Shown: positions 49,557 through 60,454, numbered from the stretch's first letter. The stretch is DNA of 64,000 nucleotides from Octopus sinensis (GCF_006345805.1 NC_043015.1:39804001-39868000); one strand, 5' to 3'. Notes: generated by a model from the letters alone, not told the origin. Program-made: numbers and translations.

Positions 49557-49909
49557 CTGTCTGTTTTTTTTTTAAATAAAGTTGTCTTCTCCCTTACCAA
49601 ATATTTCCTGGGTTCATTGCCTCACCCTTCACTTTCAACCTTACAGCCGTTTCAAGAAGGAAGGACACATTGTATTATGTAGTCCTGGAAGCATTATGTT
49701 TGCATAAAAGACAGGATGGTCACAGTTGCAATGTCTTTGATCATAGCTCTGCTGGTTCAAGTTGTCCTAGGGTTGAACAGCAACATGAACTATATACAAG
49801 TTATTTACACTCTGTACACAATACCCAAGTTCTCAGTATCATTGGAATCGTTTTTACGTCTGTTTTTCCATAAATGGCATGGGTTTGTTGAGTCACCACT
49901 ATCCACATC

Positions 49910-49932
49910 TCCCCCTCTCTCTCTCTCTTTTT

Positions 49933-49965
<33 letters not shown>

Positions 49966-49966
49966 T

Positions 49967-50005
<39 letters not shown>

Positions 50006-50031
50006 TTTCTCTCTCTCTCTCTCTCTCTTTT

Positions 50032-50065
<34 letters not shown>

Positions 50066-50101
50066 TTTTTCTCTCTCTCTCTTTTTCTCTCTCTTTCTCT
50101 T

Positions 50102-50134
<33 letters not shown>

Positions 50135-50247
50135 TTCTCTCTCTCTCTTTCCCTCTCTCTTTTTCTCTCTCTCTCTTTTTCTCTCTCTCTCTTTTTCTCT
50201 CTGTCTCTCTGTCTCTCTCTCTCTTCTCTCTCTCTCTCTCACACACA

Positions 50248-50280
<33 letters not shown>
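49910..50280. repeat. Compound (CT)n/(CTTT)n polypyrimidine tract followed by (CA)n
   Basis: ~330 nt almost purely C/T; source of several spurious SL/ER-repeat ORFs. Confidence 0.95.
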
Positions 50281-50283
<3 letters not shown>

Positions 50284-50512
50284 AGCCAACTTAGTTGCTG
50301 TGTATATGTTTGACCAAATCACAATTCTAAAGAGGCCATCTCCTCTATGTGGTCACTCAGGATGCTGAAAATAGCAGCACTACTGCTGTCTGTCTCACAC
50401 AAACACACACACACAAACACACACCACCACATCGACCTTCCTCGTTTCATTCCAAACATTGTCTTCGCCCTGCTGCTTCTGTGACCCTTTTAATTATCTT
50501 CTCTTCTGCCAG

Positions 50513-50639
50513 CTCCACCCCAGTCCGTGAGTAACTTGAATCTTGGAGAGCCTGAACAACTAGAATTACTTGCTCTACAACAATCCAATTTGGTTATCCA
50601 GGCAACCAGAGCAAACAGTTCTTCACACTCTCATTTAAG
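50513..50639 (+). CDS. DOCK9: DOCK9-like exon 20 (divergent linker), phase 1-2
   Basis: ctgccag|CTCCAC...TTAAG|gtaatt; open frame APPQSVSNLNLGEPEQLELLALQQSNLVIQATRANSSSHSHL; needed to bridge the phase 1 donor at 49001 to the phase 2 acceptor at 51681. Confidence 0.75.
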
Positions 50640-50736
50640 GTAATTATCTTCACACTGTTCACTGCAAAGATACTTCATATTGGTCATTGGTCACAAACAA
50701 TCAGATATTTTACACTTCTGGACTATCAACATTATA

Positions 50737-50771
<35 letters not shown>

Positions 50772-51087
50772 ATGAGGTTGTGAGTTTGAATCCCGGACCG
50801 AACTGCGTGTTGTGTTCTTGAGAAAGACACTTTATTTCACATTGCTCCAGTTCACTCAGCTGTAGAAATGAGTTTTGACATCATGGTGCCAAGCTGTATC
50901 GGCCCCTTCTGCCTTTCCCTTGGATAACATCAGTGGCATGGAGAGGGGAGGCCGGTATGCATGGGCGACTGCTGGTCTTCGATAAACAACCTTGCCCAGA
51001 CTTGTGCCTGGGAGGGTAACTTTCTAGGTGCAATCCCATAGTCAGTCATGACCGAAAGAGGTCTCAATTATTATTATTATTATTATT

Positions 51088-51416
51088 ATGGGTGAATGTC
51101 GGAAGAATGACCAGTATGAACGGACCAATTCTGAGGATACACCTGTAAAAAAAAAAGGTAATATAAAAGGAGAAAGGGGCTCTCTACCACCTTTTTGACC
51201 AGGCTCCCGTAGCTTTTATGGGTTTTTCCACGAGTAACCTTTCGAAGCGCCTCCCCCTATTGGGAGTTTTTACTTGTTATATTTTTCGTTGTTATCTTGC
51301 ATTTTTACACAGACTTTTCAAACGGACAAAACCCTTTTTGTAACTTTCGTCCTGTATTTTGTCCTTACATGTTTTATTTGATTTTTGTTAGCCCTTGTGG
51401 CCAATAAACGAGAATT
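51088..51416 (+). mobile_element. 3' end of a probable L1/Tx1-type LINE inserted in (ATT)n
   Basis: Terminal codons WVNVGRMTSMNGPILRIHL*, 3' UTR ending GCCCTTGTGGCCAATAAA; (ATT)n on both sides; same terminus recurs at 63213-63231. Confidence 0.5.
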
Positions 51417-51680
51417 TATTATTATTATTATTATTATAAGAAGAAGAATGGCAAACATAGGTTTTATTTTACATTTTGAAATCTGAAAAGCGTCAGACAT
51501 CTTCTCCCCAACTCTCTTGTGCGAATCTTTCAATTTCTTCAATGATAAGAGCTTCTCAATATTTTTTTATTAGTTACCACTTAGATATTCTGAACTTTGA
51601 CATTTTTCAAGAAGTCTGTTATGTTCTGTGAGGGTTCCTGTTCTATTTATCCATATTTTGCCTCTCTCTTTCATTCCCAG

Positions 51681-51817
51681 AACTCAATCAGTGGGTGGTC
51701 CAGTTCAAACCGCTCCGTTCCAAACCACAATGTACAGTCGCTACGATAAATTAGATACCACAGAAGTTAAAGACTTGTTGATATGTTTTCTACATATTTT
51801 GAAATATCTACCAGAAG
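51681..51817 (+). CDS. DOCK9: DOCK9-like exon 21, phase 2-1
   Basis: tcccag|AACTCA...GAAG|gtaaga; TQSVGG...SRYDKLDTTEVKDLLICFLHILKYLPE. Confidence 0.92.
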
Positions 51818-52014
51818 GTAAGAATTCTCTTTGGAAACCTCTAAAAATTCCTCCCTGTTGTTTCCATAATTCCTAAATCTAAAAGACCATTTCTCTCACC
51901 GAGAGATGACATTTCCAATATTTTTGTATATAATTACTGCCTAGATTCCAATGTAGAATATTTATCCTGCCATTCCTTAATCTTGTGTGCTAACCAAGAA
52001 TTCTTTTATTCCAG

Positions 52015-52081
52015 ATATCCTATTAGGATGGTTCAATAATTCTTCAGAATTCAATGTTCTTGATTTATTTTCCCTTTTAGA
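52015..52081 (+). CDS. DOCK9: DOCK9-like exon 22, phase 1-2
   Basis: ttccag|ATATCC...TTAGA|gtaagt; DILLGWFNNSSEFNVLDLFSLL. Confidence 0.92.
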
Positions 52082-52379
52082 GTAAGTAAATATTTCTCTT
52101 ATTTCGTTTACATATTTTTTCATTTAAAAAAAATAGTTATTCTGAATTCATGAATATGCTGATATTTTGTCAAGTGGAATTATTATTGAGTACATATATT
52201 CACTTTCTGTATAACAGCCTTCTCTTTTTTTTTTCTTAAATTCCCATCTTCTTCTGGTTCCCTTCTCCTCCTCATCCATTCTCGCCCATCTTATGCCTTG
52301 CTCTCCACCATTCTCTCAATCCTTCTCAGCAAATGTACTCACCCTGAACTATTGAGTACTTCCAGCTCTATCCTCCAAC

Positions 52380-52699
52380 CCATTCAACTGTCCCCTTCTG
52401 TCTTTTCTGCTGTCCCTGCAATCTCCTATTCAACTGTCTCCTGTCCTTTCTGCTGTCCTTGCTCCCCCTCTCATTCAACTGTCCCCTTCTGTCCTTGCTC
52501 CCTCCCATTCAACTGTCCCCTTCTGTCCTTTCTGCTGTCCTTGCTCCCCCTCTCATTCAACTGACCCTTCTGTTCTTGCTCCCTCCCATTCAACTGTCCC
52601 CTTCTGTCCTTTCTGCTATCCTTGCTCCTTTTCATTCAACTGTCCCCTTCTGTCCTTTCTGCTGTCCCTGCTCCCTCCCATTCAACTGCCCCTTCTGTC

Positions 52700-52700
<1 letters not shown>
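52380..52700. repeat. Pyrimidine-rich 36-50-bp minisatellite
   Basis: ATTCAACTGTCCCCTTCTGTCCTT(TCTGCTGTCCTT)GCTCCC units. Confidence 0.88.
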
Positions 52701-52737
<37 letters not shown>

Positions 52738-52764
52738 TTATCTCTTTATATTATGTATTTGCAG

Positions 52765-52818
52765 GCTTTGTTTATACCAATTCAGATATGTTGGGAAAAG
52801 GAAGATTTTAACTTTGGG
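52765..52818 (+). CDS. DOCK9: DOCK9-like exon 23, phase 2-2
   Basis: ttgcag|GCTTTG...TTGGG|gtaaga; LCLYQFRYVGKRKILTL. Confidence 0.92.
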
Positions 52819-53031
52819 GTAAGAAAACACATTTTTGATTTCTTTCTTCTCTTCTAGATTTAGTTTAAAACTTTATCAGTAATTTTATCAACAACAACAA
52901 CTTTTGCAAAATATTTTGCATAATATTAATGAGGATTATCCATCAATGTGATTGTTCGATAACAACATTATAATTATTTTTTTATAAACAAATTATTAAC
53001 TTTCAAGTTTTTATTTCTTTTTCGTCAACAT

Positions 53032-53439
53032 TTAACCATTCAGATTTCTCTGTCAAACATAAGGCTTATTTATTCACATTGATATGAATTAATTATCATC
53101 ATCATCATCGTTTAACGTCCGCTTTCCATGCTAGCATGGGTTGGACGATTTGACTGAGGACTGGCGAACGAGATGGCTGCACCAGGCTCCAATCTTGATC
53201 TGGCAGAGTTTCTACAGCTGGATGCCCTTCCTAACGCCAACCACTCCAAGAGTGTATAACCACTTAATTGATATGAATTAATTGATATGAATTAATCATG
53301 CACTACCTCATAGGTTTGAGATTTCAATGATGTGCTCGGTTATTTTTAAGCTGACATTGTAGGGTAAGTGTGAGAGGCCTGATCTGGATAGTTTGAAGAT
53401 AAAAGATTATTTTGGCCTGTTTAAATGCTAAAGGGTTAA
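53032..53439. mobile_element. piggyBac-type MITE interrupted by an RTE tail
   Basis: Internal sequence matches 4836-5055; right end CTAAAGGG|TTAA. Confidence 0.7.
53095..53256 (-). mobile_element. RTE 3'-tail fragment nested in a MITE, with target-site duplication
   Basis: Flanked by TTGATATGAATTAATT at 53079-53094 and again at 53268-53283. Confidence 0.8.
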
Positions 53440-54143
53440 GCATTACATACACGTATTTTAATATAATTTGCATAATTACCTGTGTGTGTATTTGTGAATA
53501 TATAATTCCATATATTATGTATATGTGTGTTTGATATATATAGATATATATACGGGTGTGTGTGATTGTGTATAGAAGAATATATTAATTAAAGGAATTC
53601 CAACCTTGTCTGATTTTCACGTTTTTACAATCTTATAATGATATAATATAAGATAATATAATATAATAAAATAAAATAAAATAATAGAATGTTAAATGTT
53701 CATTCTGATTGAATTAGTACTTTCATGCATTAAATTCTGCAATCTTCAGGTTCATGTAGTAGTGGTGACAGTCATGCTTCACAATTTTTGACTGTAGTGA
53801 GATGATTGAATCTGTGCCTTAAATACAGCTGTGTAGGCTCCAGATTGCTAGGTTTTGCAAACTGTATAGTGACCAACCAGTGTGTAGCATCACTCAATTA
53901 CTTAAGCTGATTGGTTTAGGCGTCACGCTTTGTTGGACATGTCAAGAGTCCTGTATCTTAACCCTGGCCGAGGCAGCAATTGTTGGGCTATTTTTAGAAA
54001 TGTTGTGAATAGCCTTTGTCAGGGATTTTTATATTTCAATTGTCATCATCATCATTGTCAGCACCTTAATTATTGTTGCTAGTGGTGATGGTGGTGGCAA
54101 TAGAACTTTTAACCCTATATATATGCTATTTTGTCTATTGTAG

Positions 54144-54280
54144 CAACATTGGAGATACACGTAAAGCCATGACTGCTCCCCAACCGTCACACAAGTCATT
54201 CATTGGGGCCAGTAGTAATGGAATTTTACACCAAAGAACTTACAGTCAATGTCAAGACAGCCAGGCTGACTTATCTAACG
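54144..54280 (+). CDS. DOCK9: DOCK9-like exon 24, phase 2-1
   Basis: ttgtag|CAACAT...AACG|gtgaag; NIGDTRKAMTAPQPSHKSFIGASSNGILHQRTYSQCQDSQADLSN. Confidence 0.82.
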
Positions 54281-54931
54281 GTGAAGTTTTGCTTTTAATT
54301 TCTGATCCTCTTTCTCCCTCGTTCTGTAATTATCATTATTGTTGTTGTTGTTCAGTCCATGGAGGACTGGGAATGGTTTACAACAGCCCTCCCTTGCTGT
54401 TCCACTGGCTCCCCCTACACACAGATGTATTTCCTGTTGTTGATTTGTTTCAAAAGTTTCTCGATCTTTTCGCTTTGACCGGCAGATTTTAAAATGTTAT
54501 GACACACTACAGCAGAAATTGTTTTCACCTCAATAGACGTCATTGATTGGTTGAAATTGCCGAAATGCAAGAAACTGAACAACAAATAGCTTACAAACTA
54601 CAGAATTTTCTCAAGAAAGCCAAGAGAAAAAGATGTTTAATGTGACACATTCTACCAGTATACGAAGTTTAAAAGTGTTTAATTACAAAGAAACTATTTT
54701 AAAAATCTGCCAGTCAAAGTGAAAAGATCCAAGTTTCTCTCTGACTCTGCATTCTCTATAAACTCTTGGATTCTGTGAAAAATCAAACCAACCAAACAAC
54801 CCAAACCGTTTGTCACTTGTGATTGGGTAATTTGCGCCTAACCTTCACAAATTTTTTTAGGTGACTCTAAAACAATAGTCAGCAGCAGATACAAATATCC
54901 TCTTGGTACTCCCTCCTTTGACCCTGTAGAG

Positions 54932-55195
54932 CCGTGGTTCACAAACATTTTTGGGTGGCCGCCCTCTTGACACCTGGGTACCACATTCCTAGCACCCCCA
55001 AACTAACTGTCACAAACATAGACCCCTTTCTGAAGTAAATTCAAAGCAACTGTATTTCACAAAACTTAACCTAACGAACCCATGATTTTGTTTTCACATT
55101 AATCGCTATCCCATTATTGCCCCACTTTTCAATGCCCCCTTGAAACCTTCCACCGCCCCCAAGGGTGGCAGTACTGCCCACTTTGGGAACCACTG
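54932..55195. mobile_element. hAT-type MITE
   Basis: TIRs CCGTGGTTCACAAA / TTTGGGAACCACTG with an 8-bp TSD CTGTAGAG (54924-54931 and 55196-55203). Confidence 0.85.
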
Positions 55196-55603
55196 CTGTA
55201 GAGCATCAAAGATGTGGTAGCAGTTGGCAGGAGAGCAAGATCGAACTGACCCAGTGGGTGGTCAGCTGGTACTCATTTCCTGCTAAGTAGACTGGACCGG
55301 CTTCAGATGAAGTACCTCAGTCAAGGACACAGTGCACTCCCTGCTCAATCCACGACCTTTTAATCATCAACTCAATATCTTAACCATTAGGCCACACACC
55401 TTAGAGAAAGCCTAAATGCTTGTAGCTAATCCCTTTTGGTGTGTAACTCACCAGTGTTGGTTTGTACCTAACCATTGAGGGTTACTAGTGACTGCTAAAG
55501 GTTTGTAGGTAGTCAGGTTTTATAATAATCCCTGTCAGTTTGCTACCAGTTTGTGATAATCTGTGCCTGATCTTTGTCTAACCTGTGTCACTTTCCATTG
55601 CAG

Positions 55604-55710
55604 CTCCTGGAATATTTAACATCCATCGGGCTCTGCAGGAGGCTAACATATCAACAGAGGTTGGCATTATTGTGCTTGATGTTTTAAGTCTTTACAGCAA
55701 TACGTTCAAG
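55604..55710 (+). CDS. DOCK9: DOCK9-like exon 25, phase 1-0
   Basis: ttgcag|CTCCTG...TTCAAG|gtaaga; PGIFNIHRALQEANISTEVGIIVLDVLSLYSNTFK. Confidence 0.94.
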
Positions 55711-55850
55711 GTAAGACAATTCTTCAAACCTCCGTCGGTGGGGGGGATGGCATTGCTAAGGATTGCTGTTGTTGTCGTGGATGATGATGGATATAGTGGA
55801 GAACACACACATTCACACGTGTATATGAAGGCAGACTAATAACTTAGGTT

Positions 55851-56084
55851 AAGGCGGCGAGATGGCAGAAACGTTAGAACGCCGGGCGAAATGCTGAGCG
55901 GTATTTCGCCCGTCTTTACGTTCTGAGTTCAAATTCCGCTGAGGTCAACTTTGCCTTTCATCCTTTCGGGGTCGATAAATTAAGTACCAGTTACACACTG
56001 GGGTCGATCTAATCGACTTAATCCGTGTGTCTGTCCTTGTTTGCCCTCTCTGTGTTTCGCCCCTTGTGGGTAGTAAAGAAATAA
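55851..56084 (+). mobile_element. Full-length SINE, family A
   Basis: AAGGCGGCGAGATGGCAGAAACGTTAG...GTAGTAAAGAAATA. Confidence 0.88.
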
Positions 56085-56629
56085 GTGTGTGAATGTACGC
56101 AATGCATGTACGTGTACTATAAAAAAATATAATTTTTTATATATAAGGGAGGTAACTCTTACATACCGTTCCTTATTTTGTCTTCATTATTCTATGTCTT
56201 GTAATGGTTTGAGAAAGGAAGATTCTAATGTTCCAGTTTAGAGGGAACCAATTGGGTGTCCTGTAAGGATTTAGAAGGGGCTAGCTTAGGGTACTATAAG
56301 GGATTGAAATTGAGTAGTTTGAGGTCGTTCTTGTTAGCCCTAACTTATTGGACATTTATGAATATAAAACTTTCTAGCTGACCCCATCAAGTTCTTTTTT
56401 TCTAAGGAATATTAAATCTTGGATTACATTATCTGGTGTGTCTTTTCTTCAGCTATTTATATGTGATTAGAGGGACATTTGGCTGATATTTCCTGCAAAT
56501 TTGAGCATTTATCTAGAGTTTAGTTAAATTGGATTAGGTTTCTTTATAACAAATGCAATAATTGTTTTAACAAAATACTTTGGTAAAACCAAATTCTCAG
56601 AATACTTTCACAATTTCTTCTATTTGCAG

Positions 56630-56767
56630 AAACAATTGGAACACAAAGATGGTGACAACAATTTGATGAAGAAAATCTTTGAAATTTTGTTGTCATTTCT
56701 ACAGACAAGTCAGTCGGAGACATTGCAAAAACACATCTTCTCCATTTGGAGATCTTTTATCCGGAAA
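56630..56767 (+). CDS. DOCK9: DOCK9-like exon 26, phase 0-0
   Basis: ttgcag|AAACAA...CGGAAA|gtaagt; KQLEHKDGDNNLMKKIFEILLSFLQTSQSETLQKHIFSIWRSFIRK. Confidence 0.94.
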
Positions 56768-56939
56768 GTAAGTATTGGGTGGAATTGGTCCTTTCAAGAG
56801 GAGAACTGGTAGTGTTGGTGTTATTGTGTTAGAACAGGGGTTCTCAACGGGAGTCCATGTGGCCTTTGAGGGTCCATATGAGATTTTTGGGGGCCCACGC
56901 CACAAAGTAGTAAACTAGAGACTGAGACTTTTGGCAATG

Positions 56940-57455
56940 TACTCTGCTTGAGAAGACCCGTCAAGCCAAGTGCCCCTGTGCTGGTGGCACGTAAAGAACA
57001 CCTTTTGCATGTTGGGCCTCACTGAGGCAAAATAGCTAAGTTCTTTTCAAGCGTTGGGCCTCACTGAGGCAAAGTGGCTGAGTTCCTTTTGAGCATTGGG
57101 CCTCACGAAAACAAAGTGACTGAGTTCCTTTCAAGCGTTGGCCCTCACTGAGGCAAAGTGGCTAAAATCACTGTCGTGGAAAATACTGATGTCATGCAAA
57201 TTGGCACCATTGCTGGTGGCATGTAAATGCACTCTGGTGTCATGCAAATGGCATCCATACCAGTGGCATATATAAGCACCCATTACACTCTGCTGAATGG
57301 TTGGCGTTAGGAAGGTCATCCAGCTGTAAAAATGCTGCCAAAACAGTCACAGAAGTCTGGTGCAGGCTTCTGCCTGGCCGGCTCTTGTGAAACCATTCCA
57401 CCCATGCCAGCATGGAAGGCGGACGTTAAATGATAATGATGATGATGATGATGAT
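56940..57455 (+). mobile_element. RTE 3' UTR fragment with internal 42-bp tandem repeat (x4)
   Basis: GTTGGGCCTCACTGAGGCAAA unit at 57011, 57053 and onward; ends GGACGTTAAATGATAATGATGAT. Confidence 0.7.
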
Positions 57456-58309
57456 GGTGGAGGTTGTATCATTTCATCAAAAAGAGGAAGAAGGCCAGTT
57501 CTAGTGAAGTGTAAGTCTGTCTGGTGACATTGATGGGACAAATGTTTAGGGTGTTTTTTGGTAAGGATGGTGAGGGGCGGGGGGCAAGACAGGAGTGTTG
57601 TTCAGTGGGCTCACATCTTGTATTTGGTGAGATTGGGATAACAGTGGGGTATATAGCTTGTTAATTTGTGTGGGTCTGTGTAGATTGATTATTATTATTA
57701 TTATTATTATTATTATTGCAGTGTGTTGGCTGAATCGTTAGACAATTGGAAAAAGATACTTGTGGCATTTGTTCCAGCTCTTTATGTTCTGGGTTCAAAT
57801 CCTGCTGAAGTCAACTCTGCTTCTCATCCTTTCAGGATCAATTAAATAAAGTACCAGTTCTAGTATTAAGATCAATGGTATTGATTAAGCCCCTCCCCTC
57901 AAAATTGATGGCCTTCTGCCTCAATCAGGAACAGTTCTTATGATTTTCAATTTGTATTTTTAAAGGCATACTGACCCCAGAAATGTTCCCATAAAAACTA
58001 TTTATTATTAATATTTCTACTATATCGGTTTTGAATCTTGGCTCAAGGCCTACAATTTCAGAGTGGGGTAAATCAATTACTTCATCCCTCAATGCACAGC
58101 TGGTATTTATTTTACTGACCCTGCGAAATAATGAAAAGCAATGTCGACCATGGTGGAATTTGAACTCAGAACATAAACATCGAAGAAATGCCATTAAGCA
58201 TTCTGTTTGTCTGCTAGCTTGTTGCCTCAATATTTCTACTAAATTGAATCATTCTTTATTTATTAATTCTTTGGTTCTGATCTTATTATCTTTTGTTTTT
58301 CTTTTACAG

Positions 58310-58366
58310 TTCCAGGCTGTTTTGTTCAGAGGAAATGCCAAACTTTGTGGAGATTTGTGCTACGAA
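58310..58366 (+). CDS. DOCK9: DOCK9-like exon 27, phase 0-0
   Basis: ttacag|TTCCAG...TACGAA|gtatgt; FQAVLFRGNAKLCGDLCYE. Confidence 0.93.
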
Positions 58367-58819
58367 GTATGTTCAAATATTTTAATTATCTAAATGTAAT
58401 TAAAATTAATATTTGCATTCAGTTTAACGGTTAATTTAAGATTGAGCAGTCGGGTATATTTTGACAGAATGTTGCTACACATGGAATGGGTCGGATGGAA
58501 TAAGGAATCCAAGACTGAGTTTGTACTGGAAATCAACGTAAATTTTAATTCATGGGGACATTTGGTTATCTTGGTTGGTTTTGGCACCGTGGTTAGTGTA
58601 GCAGTGTGTCAGTGGGGATGAGAAGGGGTTCGTTTTCAGACTAAGAACCATTTACATTTGGAATTCTCTTTTGCATAACTGTTGTGTGTGTGTGTGTTTA
58701 ACATTAATCTGTAGTGGCTGTTATTGTTAATGATTCCTCTGTTGTGCCGTTGGTTGCTATTCACAGAAGTAAGAATTCCACCGTTATTTGATGTTGTTTT
58801 TTAACAATGTTGCTTCCAG

Positions 58820-58945
58820 ATCTTGCGTTGCTGCAATTCTCGGTTGAGTTCAACGAGAAAGGAAGCCTGTGCTTTACTCTATCTTCTGATGAGGTCCAAT
58901 TTTGAATACAGTAGGAAAACCAGTTTTACCCGAGTACACCTGCAG
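58820..58945 (+). CDS. DOCK9: DOCK9-like exon 28, phase 0-0
   Basis: ttccag|ATCTTG...CTGCAG|gtcagt; [42 protein letters not shown]. Confidence 0.95.
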
Positions 58946-59577
58946 GTCAGTAACCTCACCTCTCTTTCTCTCTCTCTCCCAATACAGGTGTGTCAGTGTG
59001 TGTGTGTTACTGTACACCATACTATGTGTTGAGTACTTTCTCCCTTATATTGTATTCTCTACCATATATTGTTCTCCCTCTCTCTCTCCTTCCACTCGTA
59101 CTCTCTACCCCACCATGTTCTCTTCTGTCTCCTACATTTACTCAACTCTTGTCTCAGCTCTTTCTTTTCTCTACTCAAGTATTTTGTCCTTTACTTAAAC
59201 CTTCTCTTCTGGTATATGCGAGTATGCATTTAAACTGCAAGTATGCCAACACCTATCCATACATACACATGCATATACACACACAGAAACATTATGCACA
59301 CACACATATATGCACATACACATATATGCACATACACATACATACAAAACGATGTATATACACACATATATATACATATACATTATTTACATATATACAG
59401 ACTATATATTCATGTGTGTGTGTATGTGTGTTTGTGTGTGTGTATGCAAAGGCTCGTAGCCTAGTGGTTAGGGTGTTGCACTTACAATCTTATGATCGTG
59501 GGTTTGATTCCCAGACTAGGCAGCATGATGAGTTCTCTGATAAAACACTTTGATACCCTAAACTATAATTTATGTAT

Positions 59578-59710
59578 ATCATCATCATCATCATTTAGCG
59601 TCCGTTCTCCATGCTAGCATGGGTTGGACGGTTCAACTGGGGTCTGTGAAGCTGGAAGGCTTCATCAGGCCCAGTCAGATCTGGCAGTGTTTCTACGGCT
59701 GGATGCCCTT

Positions 59711-59712
<2 letters not shown>
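59578..59712 (-). mobile_element. RTE 3'-tail fragment
   Basis: CATCATCATTTAGCGTCCGTTCTCCATGCTAGCATGGG...GGATGCCCTTCC. Confidence 0.78.
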
Positions 59713-59768
<56 letters not shown>

Positions 59769-59769
59769 A

Positions 59770-59965
59770 TTTTTTAGAAGCAGCTTCTACAGGACTAGAA
59801 CTGTTTCATTCAGATGAAATCTTCAGGAAGCTTCCTGAAGATTTCATCTGAATGAAACAGTTCTAGTCCTGTAGAAGCTCCTTCTATAAAATAAATTACT
59901 TTACTCTGCTATGTATTGAGTACCTTATTTACTGTGGTTAACCCCGACTCAACCCGGGACCTACA
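59770..59965 (+). mobile_element. HHR-bearing fold-back element between (TA)n tracts
   Basis: Perfect 98-bp loopless palindrome 59782-59879 centred on AAG|CTT; 3' tail to (TA)n at ~59965 shares AATAAA..TTACTCT..GTATTGAGTAC with 29320-29355. Confidence 0.7.
59829..59879 (+). ncRNA. Type I hammerhead ribozyme motif (mirror copy on the minus strand at 59782-59832)
   Basis: AGCTTC-CTGAAGA (59835-59841)-TTTC ATCT GAAT-GAAA (59854-59857)-CAG TTCTAGTC CTG-TA-GAAGCT; GTA site ending at 59873; base of stem II is a T/T mismatch. Confidence 0.68.
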
Positions 59966-60052
59966 TATATATATATATATATAAGATTTGTGCATCTGTT
60001 ATCTTTTCTGGTGAAACTCTATAAACCTTGTCTTCTCTTATTATTTCTGCAG

Positions 60053-60166
60053 GTCATCATATCCGTGTCACAACTTATTGGTGATGTTGTCGGTATCTCC
60101 AACTCTTACTTCCAGGAGAGTTTAGTGATGGTGAACAACTACGCCAAGAGTGATAAAGCAATGCAG
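60053..60166 (+). CDS. DOCK9: DOCK9-like exon 29, phase 0-0
   Basis: ctgcag|GTCATC...ATGCAG|gtaaga; VIISVSQLIGDVVGISNSYFQESLVMVNNYAKSDKAMQ. Confidence 0.95.
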
Positions 60167-60454
60167 GTAAGACGGATCTCACGGTCAACAACAACAACAA
60201 CAACAACAATATTCTCTACACGATGGCTGACATCGTGTAGAGAATAAGGAGACAAATCTCCGCCCTTTAATTCCTTGTCTCTGCTTTCCAGGTGTGTTTA
60301 GGGAATGACAGGTAAATCTTCTCTGAGAGAAGACATTATTTCGGTTGTGTGTTTGTATCTGTTTATCATTGCTTGGCACCATTTCGGCAGTGGCAATAAC
60401 GGTTGGCATTGAGAAGAGCATCCACATCCAGATGGAAAATATCACTGACATCTC

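Noticed and set aside
54281-54492. ORF read-through after exon 24 with an internal acceptor at ~54356
   Set aside because: No compatible phase 1 donor; ends in a stop; likely chance.
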